DNA from: Methanobacteriota archaeon
GTDB lineage: Archaea; Thermoplasmatota; Poseidoniia; Poseidoniales; Poseidoniaceae
Direction of reading: 5' to 3'
DNA: 64,000 nt
Assembly: GCA_002720095.2 (NCBI GenBank)
Contig: PBGP02000006.1
Location: forward strand, 102,257 to 166,256
The notes under the pieces are model-generated. The model worked only from the letters and a program-made list of their open reading frames with translations, did not search any database and had not been told where the DNA came from. Every line of letters begins with the position of its first letter. The stretch's first letter is position 1. The translations under genes and the position numbers were made by a program. Positions 35,201-44,323 of the stretch are shown here, piece by piece.

Positions 35201-37351
35201 TCCCCATCTGAAAATCAAATATTATCATTCGAGATCTTCGATAGGCCAGTTTTACCGGAGAAACTAAAAATTAATCTATGGAGGGATTGGATTGATGATT
35301 TTAATCAAGATGGACTACCTTCTATAGGTGAATTCTGGAGCAATGACATGTTTAGCCCATACAATCTTTCAGCATCATCAGGTAAATACACTTATGTTTT
35401 GGATGACGCAGGTGCTCCAGACGGTAGTTTCGTTTATGGTTATTTAACAGGGTCTGATTCTGCAGGAAATCTATTAGTTGGTGGAGGTGGAGGAGAATTA
35501 GGTGAAGAACTGTTTATTTATCAAGTAACTAAAGATAGTCTACCTCAAATTTTGACGGACGATGTTTCATGGGATAATTCGGGTATAATGTGGTTAAACC
35601 CGGGTTTAGAATACGATTTATCTATTCCATTTAATGAAAAAAATGGAATTAATGATGTCGATTTTATCGAAATCAATTTAGATCAAAATAATGAAAATAA
35701 CCTTAGTATGCGATGGAACTCAGGTGATTCTAATTGTGGTACTGATAATGAGTTTATTGTGGTAACTTCCTGTAATGTTTATTCTCGGACTTCAGAATCA
35801 GGTCCCTACATCAAAGAATTAGAATTTAAGATAAGTTTCAGGATTAAATGGAGTTATTCTTCAGATGAATCATATATCAATGAACCTTCTATAGAAATTG
35901 GAGAAAGGTCGGGTTATTCAAGCATGGTTACTCTTCCACAATTAAGATGGAGATTTTCAGATGAGATTTGGATTGAATATGCTAGTCTCAATTTTGAATC
36001 TGAAAAAGGTAGTAGAATTTCTAATAATATCTATGTTTTACCAAACTCAACTTTAAATTTAGAGGGTATAATTAGTTTTTCAAGAACTGGTGAAAATGTG
36101 GCCACTAATTTGAATATTGAGGTTGGTGTAGGGTTTAGTAAAGTAATTAATTTAACGAATGATGGCAAATTCAATTTTGAATTAATTTCTCCCACCTCAT
36201 CAGGAAATTATCCACTTTCTATAGACCTCATCGATGATAAATTTGGAAATTTCGATAACGAGAATTTTCCACAGATCTGGATAGTAGTAGACGACCAATC
36301 ACCATCAATTGAACAAATTTTATCACCACGCTTAGATGTCGACTTATCCAGAGAAGAAATATACAATTTGTTTATCGAATTGAGTATTAAAGAAACGATA
36401 ATGTTGAATGAAGAAACAGTTAATTTATTTTGGTCAATTAGTGAATTTGGGGTTCAAGCTCCAAATTATCTCATTAAAGATCGAGTCGAATCATTAAAAA
36501 TCAATGATCCTGTAGCAGGCAGATATCTCCTAAATTTGAATATTCCTTTATCGAGTTATTTATCCAGTTTATCAATCGATAATGATTTGAAATTTAATAT
36601 CTGGATTGAAGGAACTGATGCAGCAGGAAATAGTATTTCTTCAGAACTAAATTCTGAATCAAATCCTTTATTCTCTTGGACAATTTTACCTTATCAACCC
36701 ATGTTAATACTTAGTGACATAAGTTATTCAAAGTATAATTCTATCAATTCTCAAGATATATTAAAGGTAACAATTACTGTTGAAAATATTGGAAATGCAG
36801 ACACAAATACTAATTTAACCGTCTTTGCTAAGAATTCTGATGGCGAGTTTGTTATAGCTCGAGAGGAAGTAATAGTAAATATGAATATGCAATCTTCCGT
36901 GACAATAGATTGGGTTCCTGAAGAAAAGGGTGTTCATTGGGTTGAAGTTAGGTGGAATGAAATTTATCTTGGTGAAGGTTCATTAATTTCTGTTGAAGAT
37001 TTAGATAATAGTATTTTTTCAGATTTTAGCAGCTCTGGTTACGTAATTACAACATTTTTAATTTTATTTTTGATTCTCCTAGTAATGTTATTTTTCCTAA
37101 ACAATTCTGATTCTGAATATTACGAAGATTCTGAAGAAATTTATGACCAAGAAGATCCAGCAAATCATCATATCTCACCTGAATACGATAAAATTTCGAA
37201 AAATTTAATGTTGCCTGATCTAAATAATAATTATGAAATAAATCAAAAAATTGATATTAAACAATGGACTGATCAGAATGGGTATACTTGGAAAAAAGTA
37301 GGACATAATCCCCCTCAGTGGTGGGATGGTAACTCATGGAAAGATGTGTAA
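32273..37351 (+). CDS. giant membrane-anchored surface protein (~1690 aa) with lectin/MAM-like and CARDB-like beta-sandwich domains
   Basis: Signal-anchor AAKLIILIIILFPFTVINF. A W/G-rich beta-sandwich (WDFENSNHGWTLDANGGWAWG...YDGWNIDDVSITP). A CARDB-like segment (LKVTITVENIGNADTNTNLTVFA...). A single C-terminal TM (YVITTFLILFLILLVMLFFL) followed by an acidic, Trp-rich cytoplasmic tail. ATG at 32273 preferred over the track's TTG at 32243. Confidence 0.75.
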   Translation: MAEGHIRQTVAAKLIILIIILFPFTVINFSDAILNEGISKNQMTNASNNEIIQIDTYPNGFSDDFNLKIPDGNALDLLEFDLMPDVDVSSVNHVWDSTSDWRSSYAEYENVDYNLTGLRINSPSPSWDFENSNHGWTLDANGGWAWGVDSAGSHGGSKAIYTYLGQYPNQMSTTYYATSPSVDCSSCNGGWNVNFWKQLGVESSSWDHAYFQVKGINGWVTIWENSGSVNDVSYSLQSYRVDSYIAGNSDFRIRFGLGPTDFSVTYDGWNIDDVSITPVSGSGVGAAKVEGSGDANWTTAEIGTGKYHSVDSGPYGLLNIVADIPFNTGLDWTIIDSNSDKPVLGYEQRTELFSDLGRIDWEKHSSIKIKIHLWSDSLESPELKSIILGNVWKFDFNQEPNSSDWIGDVNLISGNFEGSGDLVFPKIFSTKPIISLNYEVIVVGSGQLQFNSDESSNWNNISTSGIINLDNYSKEIQFRWKSNSQNWSFQSIEIEFQTGILPLSPFIDIGKDGKDEWNLSMGEIGFWGSQDRWSDGSISKLVTLSSGTPQYVDYWLPSDKVINFCIDLTPESGQITELGADLRVGSQIISEIEILNNIGVYRHCLNNSELDILNQNISTNSNIWESNGQGFVLGKIKLVGISQRIQLSGLDILYHPKVEFRENYDSAFIRTINNFLSDTMITNGEKVISIPIFSELTSTLLVEIIDLHSTSGLITEELTLINSTTPLVSSEIWLELESKHSVSEGTIKSIEYDFTSKLNQINFVYELDDVNKTISDSSDLIEVEKHSYFESNSDNTSKLRFRINPIWDDDFELELQVRIVRNDGIKGVPEKILIGSNTYQSIENDIEIKSWSVTNDLGKLIPEGMPYLKSGSNITIEVKLGFENISSSLHYPKSGDLEVFVLENGFEIGRTDKLTNGRVSFVRLIPFGPGDLNYEIKLNLKNSQIDTTKIQINRTFIADSLAPKLISTNLERYDYRSPSENQILSFEIFDRPVLPEKLKINLWRDWIDDFNQDGLPSIGEFWSNDMFSPYNLSASSGKYTYVLDDAGAPDGSFVYGYLTGSDSAGNLLVGGGGGELGEELFIYQVTKDSLPQILTDDVSWDNSGIMWLNPGLEYDLSIPFNEKNGINDVDFIEINLDQNNENNLSMRWNSGDSNCGTDNEFIVVTSCNVYSRTSESGPYIKELEFKISFRIKWSYSSDESYINEPSIEIGERSGYSSMVTLPQLRWRFSDEIWIEYASLNFESEKGSRISNNIYVLPNSTLNLEGIISFSRTGENVATNLNIEVGVGFSKVINLTNDGKFNFELISPTSSGNYPLSIDLIDDKFGNFDNENFPQIWIVVDDQSPSIEQILSPRLDVDLSREEIYNLFIELSIKETIMLNEETVNLFWSISEFGVQAPNYLIKDRVESLKINDPVAGRYLLNLNIPLSSYLSSLSIDNDLKFNIWIEGTDAAGNSISSELNSESNPLFSWTILPYQPMLILSDISYSKYNSINSQDILKVTITVENIGNADTNTNLTVFAKNSDGEFVIAREEVIVNMNMQSSVTIDWVPEEKGVHWVEVRWNEIYLGEGSLISVEDLDNSIFSDFSSSGYVITTFLILFLILLVMLFFLNNSDSEYYEDSEEIYDQEDPANHHISPEYDKISKNLMLPDLNNNYEINQKIDIKQWTDQNGYTWKKVGHNPPQWWDGNSWKDV

Positions 37352-37356
37352 TTAGT

Positions 37357-37651
37357 GAGGGAGTAGAGAGTAAGCCCCTTTCTGTTCACTTTTCAGTTGA
37401 CCGCATTCAACTATGCGTCCTACCCTTCCCTAAGCGTGCAACCTCAATGGGATTGTTTGGACTTGCTCCGATGAGGATGTTCGTTTCAGCAAATGTTGAG
37501 CAATCTCGTCTTTCCAGATTCATAGTACACACTCAAATTCGTTCGTTTCTAATACATTGCCAGCCATTCCTGACTCCAGATAGGTCATCTTACACTTTGG
37601 AGAGGGGACTTTCCTCAGGGTCTAACCCTGTCAGCGGTCCTTCTACTCCCT
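37357..37651 (-). ncRNA. rnpB: RNase P RNA (archaeal type A-like)
   Basis: The minus-strand reading starts GAGGGAGTAGAAGGACCGCTGACAGGGTTAGACCCTGAGGAAAGTCCCCTC and ends ...GTGAACAGAAAGGGGCTTACTCTCTACTCCCTC. It contains the universal CR-I GAGGAAAGUCC and the CR-IV/V ACAGAA-N-GGCUUA. The termini pair (GGGAGTAGA/TCTACTCCC = P1). Locally GC-richer than flanking DNA. Confidence 0.85.
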
Positions 37652-37698
37652 CAAGTTGGCAAATTGACATTTCTTTTTCAATCTTCTCTATAGATTTT

Positions 37699-40566
37699 TT
37701 AATCGTTTATTAGTACTGCGTCTTTAATTGTATTCTCTGAAGATTCAAATATTGTATCTCCTTCAAATCTTATCCAAGTTCCATTTCCGGAGATTCTTGA
37801 CTTTAATTCATACCATGCTGTAATAATCGCTGGTAGCAAGAACACTGACGTAATGAAAGCAAAACCTATCAACAAGAACATTAGCATGAAGAAATTTTCT
37901 AGTCCAGGAAATTCTACCAGAAAACCAGCTGCGATTCCTGCCATAGTTGTTACACTAGTTTCAAAAATAGTTTGACCCGTTGACTCTATGGAATTTACTA
38001 TACCATTGGGTGTTTCACCTTCTTCCCTAATTCTTTCAATCATATGGATACAATCATCAACTCCGATTCCAAAAACAATACTTCCTACCATTGCTGTGAA
38101 AACGTTGACATTCACGTCGCCCCCTCTCATTAGTAAGGGTTGCCACAGAATTACAATTGCAACAGGTATCATTGTTGTTACACCAATTCTAAAGTTCCTG
38201 AATATTAGAACTAAAAAGCCTGTTAATACAAATAATGTTACAATAGTTGTTAGTGATTGAGTATTGTGTATTCCTTTGTTAATATCCAATGAAACTGGTA
38301 AACCACCAGTTAATTTACTTGTATTGGTATTCAAAAGATCCGAATCTTTTGAAAGTATAAGATCAATCTCGTCTCTCAATCCTCCAGCTTTGATTAGGTT
38401 CATGTAGGGTTGTTCTACATAAATCAAAGTTTTTGATTCTTCTTCGTTCATCAACATTGAGCGAACTTCTTCACTAAGAGTATCTAATGAAACGTCTACT
38501 AAATCACCTCTAAGTTCAGCCCTTGAACCTGAATCTAATTGTTCCATTCCGTAAAGAGTAGTACATAATGGTAAATCTTCTATCTCAATGTTCGAATCTC
38601 CGTCCCATTCCCAGCACTTATTGTGTAACATTCCCCATAAACTATCATTATATGCATTATTTCCGTCAATTCCTAAAGTAATATGTATGCTCTTTAAGAA
38701 TGTAATTAAACTTGTAGTTGTTGTATTTTGAACTTTAGAAACTTCAGTTTCAACAACATTAATTGTATCTAAAACGGGTAGATCTCTAATTTTAGAAGTA
38801 CCATTGTACATATCCCTATCTTCAGCGGTAAAAATAAACATGCTAGTTTGACCTGCTTCAAATTCTACCGAGTATTCTGCTAAAGTTTCTAATGATTTGA
38901 TGCCTTCTGGTGCTTCAGATGATCCAGCTATTGGTTTACCCAATTCTTCTTTCATGTAAATTAAGCCCCAACCAGAAAACATAGCTGTAACCAGAATTAT
39001 TAGTGCAAAATATTTGACAGGTGCTCTACCAATATTTTTCCAAGATGTTGGATTCTTTCTTTTTGTAAATTTTAGCAACCATGCTAGCACAGGAACAAGA
39101 ATTCCTGAAAAAATTAGTGTACATAAAATACCAAGAACTAAAGTAATTCCTACCGTTCTCATTGGAATAATTGGTACTATTTTACTTACTGTAAGCACAC
39201 CAAAACCAATCATTGTAGTGACGGCAGATAATAAAACTGCTTTTCCAGTTGTTGTCATGGATTCCATTACGGCTTCTCTAAATAAATCAGAATCCCATTC
39301 ATCTGGTAATATTTCTTCTCTACGACCTTTCTGTCGAGCATGATAATTTCTTTCTTGAATTTCATCTAATATTCTTCTTTTTGATTCTTCAATTCTGTTT
39401 ACAATGTGTAAAGCGTAATCTACCCCTAATCCCACTAATATCGGTCCTGCAGAAATTATCATCGGTGTTAACATTACATCAAACACAACGGTAGACCCTA
39501 GTGTCACAGCAAGAGCCATGACAATAGGAATGCCTGAAATCAGTACTATTTTCCAACTTCTATGCAAAAGAGTGACAATACCAACCACAAAAATTAGACT
39601 CCAGGGCATTATCTTAGTCAAGTCATAATATACTTCTTCAGATATATCTTCGAGTACTTTGGTCAAACCAGTGAGAGTCATTTCGGTCTGAATTAATCCG
39701 ACAGAAGAACGATTGTCTAGTATATTTTGAATATGCATATGAATTCCAGAAAAATCATTATGTTCAGACTCGCTTAAATCATGTCTTAATCCAATTAAAA
39801 TAAATGTGGTATCCCATACCCCATCATTATTTGTGTCAGCAACCATGTCGGATAGTGATCCTTGTAATCGCGATACGATTTCATCAATTCTTTCCTGATC
39901 TGGTATGCTATAACTTCCCCAAGTAACTTGATCTGTTTGTGAACAGGGTACGGATAATGGAATTCTTTCTTCTAAACCATGTTCACAAAATGAATTAATA
40001 AATCGTCCGTCGCTACTATTTGCTTCTTTAATTATCTGTGAAATTGAGAGAACCCAGACTACTCCATCCTCCTTGCCTCTATCATCTTTTTTGTAATCCA
40101 GTCCTCTTTTAGTTGAACTTTCTCCAATATTTTCAGAGTCTCCTTCAACCCAACTAATTTCTCTAAGTATATTTTGATTGGTTATATTAGCATTTTCGTC
40201 ACCATAAAGTGCATTATTAGTTTGAACATACACTAGGGCTATATCAGTTGACCATTGTTCTCTAACTTGTAGCAGTAAATCTGTTGATTCTGCACCTTCA
40301 GGTAAATAAATTTCTACATCACCTTCAATCTGATCTCCAAAGTCTTTCGCCGAATAAGCAAACCAACTCGAAATTAATAACATAAACGCTAGAGTAACAA
40401 TAGGTGCCGCTAGTACTGTTTTGTAAGTTTTATCAAGATTTTTAGAGACTTTTTCTCCGATAATTTCATTTGTGTCGTTGATCTTATTGTTAAAATGTTT
40501 AACTCTATCAGATGCTTTTGAAATCAAGAATTTGAAATTATTATTCCGACCTTTGTCACTTGACAC
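37699..40566 (-). CDS. RND-superfamily exporter, COG1033/MMPL-like (955 aa)
   Basis: Two multi-TM bundles, each preceded by a large soluble loop. Conserved TM motifs GLGVDYALHIVNRIEE and GIGVDDCIHMIERIRE. GTG start. Confidence 0.75.
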   Translation of the reverse strand: MSSDKGRNNNFKFLISKASDRVKHFNNKINDTNEIIGEKVSKNLDKTYKTVLAAPIVTLAFMLLISSWFAYSAKDFGDQIEGDVEIYLPEGAESTDLLLQVREQWSTDIALVYVQTNNALYGDENANITNQNILREISWVEGDSENIGESSTKRGLDYKKDDRGKEDGVVWVLSISQIIKEANSSDGRFINSFCEHGLEERIPLSVPCSQTDQVTWGSYSIPDQERIDEIVSRLQGSLSDMVADTNNDGVWDTTFILIGLRHDLSESEHNDFSGIHMHIQNILDNRSSVGLIQTEMTLTGLTKVLEDISEEVYYDLTKIMPWSLIFVVGIVTLLHRSWKIVLISGIPIVMALAVTLGSTVVFDVMLTPMIISAGPILVGLGVDYALHIVNRIEESKRRILDEIQERNYHARQKGRREEILPDEWDSDLFREAVMESMTTTGKAVLLSAVTTMIGFGVLTVSKIVPIIPMRTVGITLVLGILCTLIFSGILVPVLAWLLKFTKRKNPTSWKNIGRAPVKYFALIILVTAMFSGWGLIYMKEELGKPIAGSSEAPEGIKSLETLAEYSVEFEAGQTSMFIFTAEDRDMYNGTSKIRDLPVLDTINVVETEVSKVQNTTTTSLITFLKSIHITLGIDGNNAYNDSLWGMLHNKCWEWDGDSNIEIEDLPLCTTLYGMEQLDSGSRAELRGDLVDVSLDTLSEEVRSMLMNEEESKTLIYVEQPYMNLIKAGGLRDEIDLILSKDSDLLNTNTSKLTGGLPVSLDINKGIHNTQSLTTIVTLFVLTGFLVLIFRNFRIGVTTMIPVAIVILWQPLLMRGGDVNVNVFTAMVGSIVFGIGVDDCIHMIERIREEGETPNGIVNSIESTGQTIFETSVTTMAGIAAGFLVEFPGLENFFMLMFLLIGFAFITSVFLLPAIITAWYELKSRISGNGTWIRFEGDTIFESSENTIKDAVLIND

Positions 40567-40604
40567 GTAACATCCGACATAGATTTATCACATGAATTAT
40601 ACGC

Positions 40605-41531
40605 TTATTTATTTATAGAATCATTTAATACTCTTTTAACATATTGTAAAACTATTCCTGAAACGAGTAAGGGAATTCCTAATGCGCCAATCCATACAAA
40701 TGTAACCCCTGGACCTACAGTAACTCCAGTCCATTCCGAAACTCTGTTTATTGTTCTGAGACCGAAAAGTGCACCAATGGTGACCATAATTAGTCCCGGA
40801 AGACCGAAGACTAGAAACGGTCTTTTTTGTGATAAAGTGGTTAAAGCGTAGCTAAAAACAGAAATGCCATGTGGGATAGGGTGTAAAATTGATGTGTGCT
40901 TTAGGTCATATCTTATTGTAGTGGGTACTTCCATTATTCTCAATCCTTTATCCGAGATAGATTCTAATATTTCAAGAGACGATTTCATACCTTCATTTTC
41001 AAATCTAACAGAGTCTATAGCTTTTCTATTGAATGCTCTGTAGCCAGATTGAGTGTCCCTAACATGTTGTTTTGAGTGTAATTTGCTGACTAAATTTATC
41101 ATTTTTAGACCTATTTTTCTGTAAGTAGGCATATCTTTACTTCCTCCACCTCTTACAAATCTGGAACCTATTACAAGGTCAGCCTTATTGTCTAACAAGG
41201 GTTTAATTATTTTTGGTAAATCTTCAGGATTATGCTGTCCATCACTGTCTATTAACACAACGATCGAGGCATTTTTGGTTTTTGCATATTTAAAGAATGT
41301 CTTTGCAACACCACCAACACCTCTGTTCTCTGTATGTGATATTAGAGTAGCACTGGTTTTTTTTACTATTTCAGCAGAATTATCTGTAGAACAGTCATCT
41401 ATGCAGACTACCTCGTCAGAATATTTTTTACATGACAGAATGATGGACGCAATTGTTTCTTCAGAATTATACAATGGAATGCCAATAATTGTATTACCTT
41501 TGGTAAAATTTGTTGGCTTTTCTCTTTCCAT
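40605..41531 (-). CDS. family 2 glycosyltransferase (dolichyl/polyprenyl-phosphate sugar synthase-like, GtrB architecture)
   Basis: IIGIPLYNSEETI...CIDDCSTDNS, DSDGQH (D-x-D), and two C-terminal TMs (FLVFGLPGLIMVTIGALFGL...). Confidence 0.8.
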   Translation of the reverse strand: MEREKPTNFTKGNTIIGIPLYNSEETIASIILSCKKYSDEVVCIDDCSTDNSAEIVKKTSATLISHTENRGVGGVAKTFFKYAKTKNASIVVLIDSDGQHNPEDLPKIIKPLLDNKADLVIGSRFVRGGGSKDMPTYRKIGLKMINLVSKLHSKQHVRDTQSGYRAFNRKAIDSVRFENEGMKSSLEILESISDKGLRIMEVPTTIRYDLKHTSILHPIPHGISVFSYALTTLSQKRPFLVFGLPGLIMVTIGALFGLRTINRVSEWTGVTVGPGVTFVWIGALGIPLLVSGIVLQYVKRVLNDSINK

Positions 41532-41643
41532 CAATAATTCCTTGAGTAACGACTATTTGGTCTTGACTAATATAATTTCAAAATTTTGCGTTTATACCAT
41601 TTAACAATCAGATTCAAAATATGATTGGTATTGCCACTACATC

Positions 41644-42600
41644 ATGAGCAGGGTTCTAGTAACGGGAGGTGCAGGATTTATTGGTTCTCATTTGGTGGAT
41701 CAGTTAATAGAAAAAGGTAATCAAGTGGTTATTTTTGACAACCTCTCTAGCGGGAAATTAGAATTTTTACAATCTGCCCTTTCTTCTGGAAATGCAACTT
41801 TTGTAGAAGGGGATTTATTAAACCTTGAATCTTTAAATAAAGTGATGAAAAATATTGACATAGTCTATCACTTAGCAGCAAATCCAGATATCCGACTAGG
41901 AACTAGAGTTACAGATACTGATCTTAAACAAGGAACATTTGCAACATACAATGTACTAGAATCTATGAGAATAAATGGTTGCAATAAAATAGCTTTTGCC
42001 TCATCTTCGGTAGTTTATGGCGAAGCGAAACTAATGCCTACTCCAGAGGATTATGGCCCATTATTCCCAATTAGCTTGTACGGTGCTTCGAAGTTAGGAT
42101 CGGAGGGTTTAATTAGCGCTTGGGTTGGAACATTCGGTTTTAAAGCTTGGATCTTTAGATTTGCTAACATTATCGGTTCAAGGGGCACTCATGGTGTCAT
42201 CTTTGATTTTATCCATAAATTAAAGAAAGACGCATCAAATTTGGAGGTACTAGGTAATGGTTTACAAGAAAAATCATACATGGAAGTAGTAGATTGTTCT
42301 AAAGCCATGATTCATGTTGTAGAAAGGTTTAATGATGATTTAAATTATGTAAACCTAGGTTCTTTGGATACTTGTTCAGTAACTCGAATTGCTGAGATTG
42401 TAATAGAGAGATCGGGATTCGGAGACGTTAACATCCATTTCACAGGAGGAGATAGAGGTTGGGCGGGAGACGTACCAAAAGCAATGTTAGACCCCACGAA
42501 ATTGAATGTCAGTGGATTCAAATGTGATTATCAAAGTGAAGATGCGGTTCGCTTAACGGCCGATATCTTAATACAAGAAATTGGATTATTGGAGGATTAA
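41644..42600 (+). CDS. NAD-dependent nucleotide-sugar epimerase/dehydratase
   Basis: VLVTGGAGFIGSHLVDQL and the catalytic YGASK. 318 aa extended SDR. Confidence 0.85.
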   Translation: MSRVLVTGGAGFIGSHLVDQLIEKGNQVVIFDNLSSGKLEFLQSALSSGNATFVEGDLLNLESLNKVMKNIDIVYHLAANPDIRLGTRVTDTDLKQGTFATYNVLESMRINGCNKIAFASSSVVYGEAKLMPTPEDYGPLFPISLYGASKLGSEGLISAWVGTFGFKAWIFRFANIIGSRGTHGVIFDFIHKLKKDASNLEVLGNGLQEKSYMEVVDCSKAMIHVVERFNDDLNYVNLGSLDTCSVTRIAEIVIERSGFGDVNIHFTGGDRGWAGDVPKAMLDPTKLNVSGFKCDYQSEDAVRLTADILIQEIGLLED

Positions 42601-42601
42601 T

Positions 42602-43330
42602 ATGAGGAGATTATGTATTGTCGAAGATGATAATGCTGCGGATTGGATTCCATCAGCAATTTTTGTCGTAGGGTTATTATTATGTTCATTTATTTTTGTC
42701 TTTGCGAACTCAAACGGAATATCTTCTGGGATTGCTAAAGGAGAAATGGCACCTGATTTTACAGCTTTAGCCCATCAAGCTGGAAATGATACTAATGATT
42801 GGTATACTTTCAGATTGTATGAAAATTTAGATTTGAATTGGTCAGGAAATTATTCCGAAGGTATTTTTACAGTAATTGAATTTTTAGATACAGATTGTCC
42901 ATATTGTTGGGATACTGCTGGGAAAATTAGCAGCTTAGATAGTCAACTTTCAAATTATGGTCTTTCAGACAGGGTTCGATATATTTTTGTTGTAGTAGAG
43001 TTACCTATCAAAGGACACAGTACTTCTATAGAAGAGATTGTGGCTTTTCAAGAGAAGCTGTCTTATCCGGGTTGTAATGGAGGTACAGTAGACTGTTCAT
43101 CTAGACCAGGAGATGTTCATCCCGGGATCTATATTGATGACAGGAGTAATGAAATTTTCAGAGAATATTCTCCAAGAGGAACACCTCATTACATGATTTT
43201 AAAACCTAATGGAATTGTTGGCTGGGATGGAGGTCAGGACTCAGATAATCAAATTGGGATAGAATTAAGTAATTTAATCTGTAGAGACGGTGGCGATAAT
43301 GATTTATGTTCCCAAATTGGGGGTGAATGA
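42602..43330 (+). CDS. membrane-anchored thioredoxin-fold protein (CPYC active site)
   Basis: N-terminal TM (AIFVVGLLLCSFIFVFA). FTVIEFLDTDCPYCWDTAG is a redoxin-like C-x2-C. Its stop abuts the VKOR start (TGA-ATG). Confidence 0.6.
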   Translation: MRRLCIVEDDNAADWIPSAIFVVGLLLCSFIFVFANSNGISSGIAKGEMAPDFTALAHQAGNDTNDWYTFRLYENLDLNWSGNYSEGIFTVIEFLDTDCPYCWDTAGKISSLDSQLSNYGLSDRVRYIFVVVELPIKGHSTSIEEIVAFQEKLSYPGCNGGTVDCSSRPGDVHPGIYIDDRSNEIFREYSPRGTPHYMILKPNGIVGWDGGQDSDNQIGIELSNLICRDGGDNDLCSQIGGE

Positions 43331-43912
43331 ATGGATTGGCCATTATATGCATACCTATTAGTTATGATTTCTGGTGTCCTGCTAACATCTAAATTAGGGG
43401 AGAAATTAGATTCTAAATTTCGAAATCAACAAACTCGAATAATTAACGGAATTTTACTAATTTCTTTTGGAGGGTTTTTTGTAAGCACACATACATATTA
43501 TATTCATCAGAAATTACATGAAGTAGGTGCAAATTCAGGTTGTTCTGCATTCAGTGTATTTGATTGTGGGGATGTAATTTCTAATGATTCATATAATTCC
43601 GACCCGTTTTTTGGAATTCCCTGGGGTATAATAGGAATGTTTTGCTTTGCTATTTTGATATTCATTGGTACGGTGATTCGTAGATCTCCAGAGGATAAAA
43701 ATATTATCAACTGGATTAAAGCGTTAGTTTTTATACCGTCAATGGGAATAATACCTATTTTGTGGTTAATTTATGTAGAATTATTTGTTTTAGGAGTATT
43801 CTGTCAATATTGTACTGGTGCACATTTAGCAAACATTCTGGTCTTAATCTCCGCATATCGATTATATAATTTCTATGAATCTGGAAAATGGGATTCTGCC
43901 CAAATTGGTTGA
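43331..43912 (+). CDS. vitamin K epoxide reductase (VKOR) family membrane oxidoreductase
   Basis: Loop cysteines CSAFSVFDC followed by S..Y...FGIPWGIIGM. C-x2-C inside a TM helix (FCQYCTGAHLANI). 4-5 TMs. Confidence 0.7.
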   Translation: MDWPLYAYLLVMISGVLLTSKLGEKLDSKFRNQQTRIINGILLISFGGFFVSTHTYYIHQKLHEVGANSGCSAFSVFDCGDVISNDSYNSDPFFGIPWGIIGMFCFAILIFIGTVIRRSPEDKNIINWIKALVFIPSMGIIPILWLIYVELFVLGVFCQYCTGAHLANILVLISAYRLYNFYESGKWDSAQIG

Positions 43913-43976
43913 GTTTCAATTATGAACTAGAAAAAAATCCTTTCTATACTGGATTTTAGGTTGTACAAATATATTT

Positions 43977-44249
43977 TCATGGTATATAATCCTCCTGAGT
44001 GTTAAATAAATCAATTTCTGCATTATTTTGAACTATTTCTAACATCAAAATTGTAACTTCTATTCTAGCTTCTGAGGGATATCTATTTCTTAGCTGCGAA
44101 AATAAATTAATTTGTACTTCTTTAACACCAATGGCTTCAATAATATCTAAATGATGCTCATATCCCTTACTAGATTCTACAGTATATTCTACTAACCATT
44201 CACCTACTACCTGTCTTGACAAACTTTTCTGCTCCAAACGCTCCCTCAT
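43977..44249 (-). CDS. hypothetical protein (90 aa)
   Basis: The only sizeable ORF in the gap. No motif recognised. Confidence 0.3.
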   Translation of the reverse strand: MRERLEQKSLSRQVVGEWLVEYTVESSKGYEHHLDIIEAIGVKEVQINLFSQLRNRYPSEARIEVTILMLEIVQNNAEIDLFNTQEDYIP

Positions 44250-44323
44250 GTTATTATTACCAGCATACTAGCAAATAATACCTTCGTATAAATATTTAAG
44301 AATTATACGAAAAAAGATTTCTT

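Noticed and set aside
37336-37713. 125-aa plus-strand ORF from the ORF track
   Set aside because: The region is an RNase P RNA on the minus strand (CR-I GAGGAAAGUCC, CR-IV/V ACAGAA..GGCUUA, paired termini). The ORF is a by-product of the GC-richer structured RNA.
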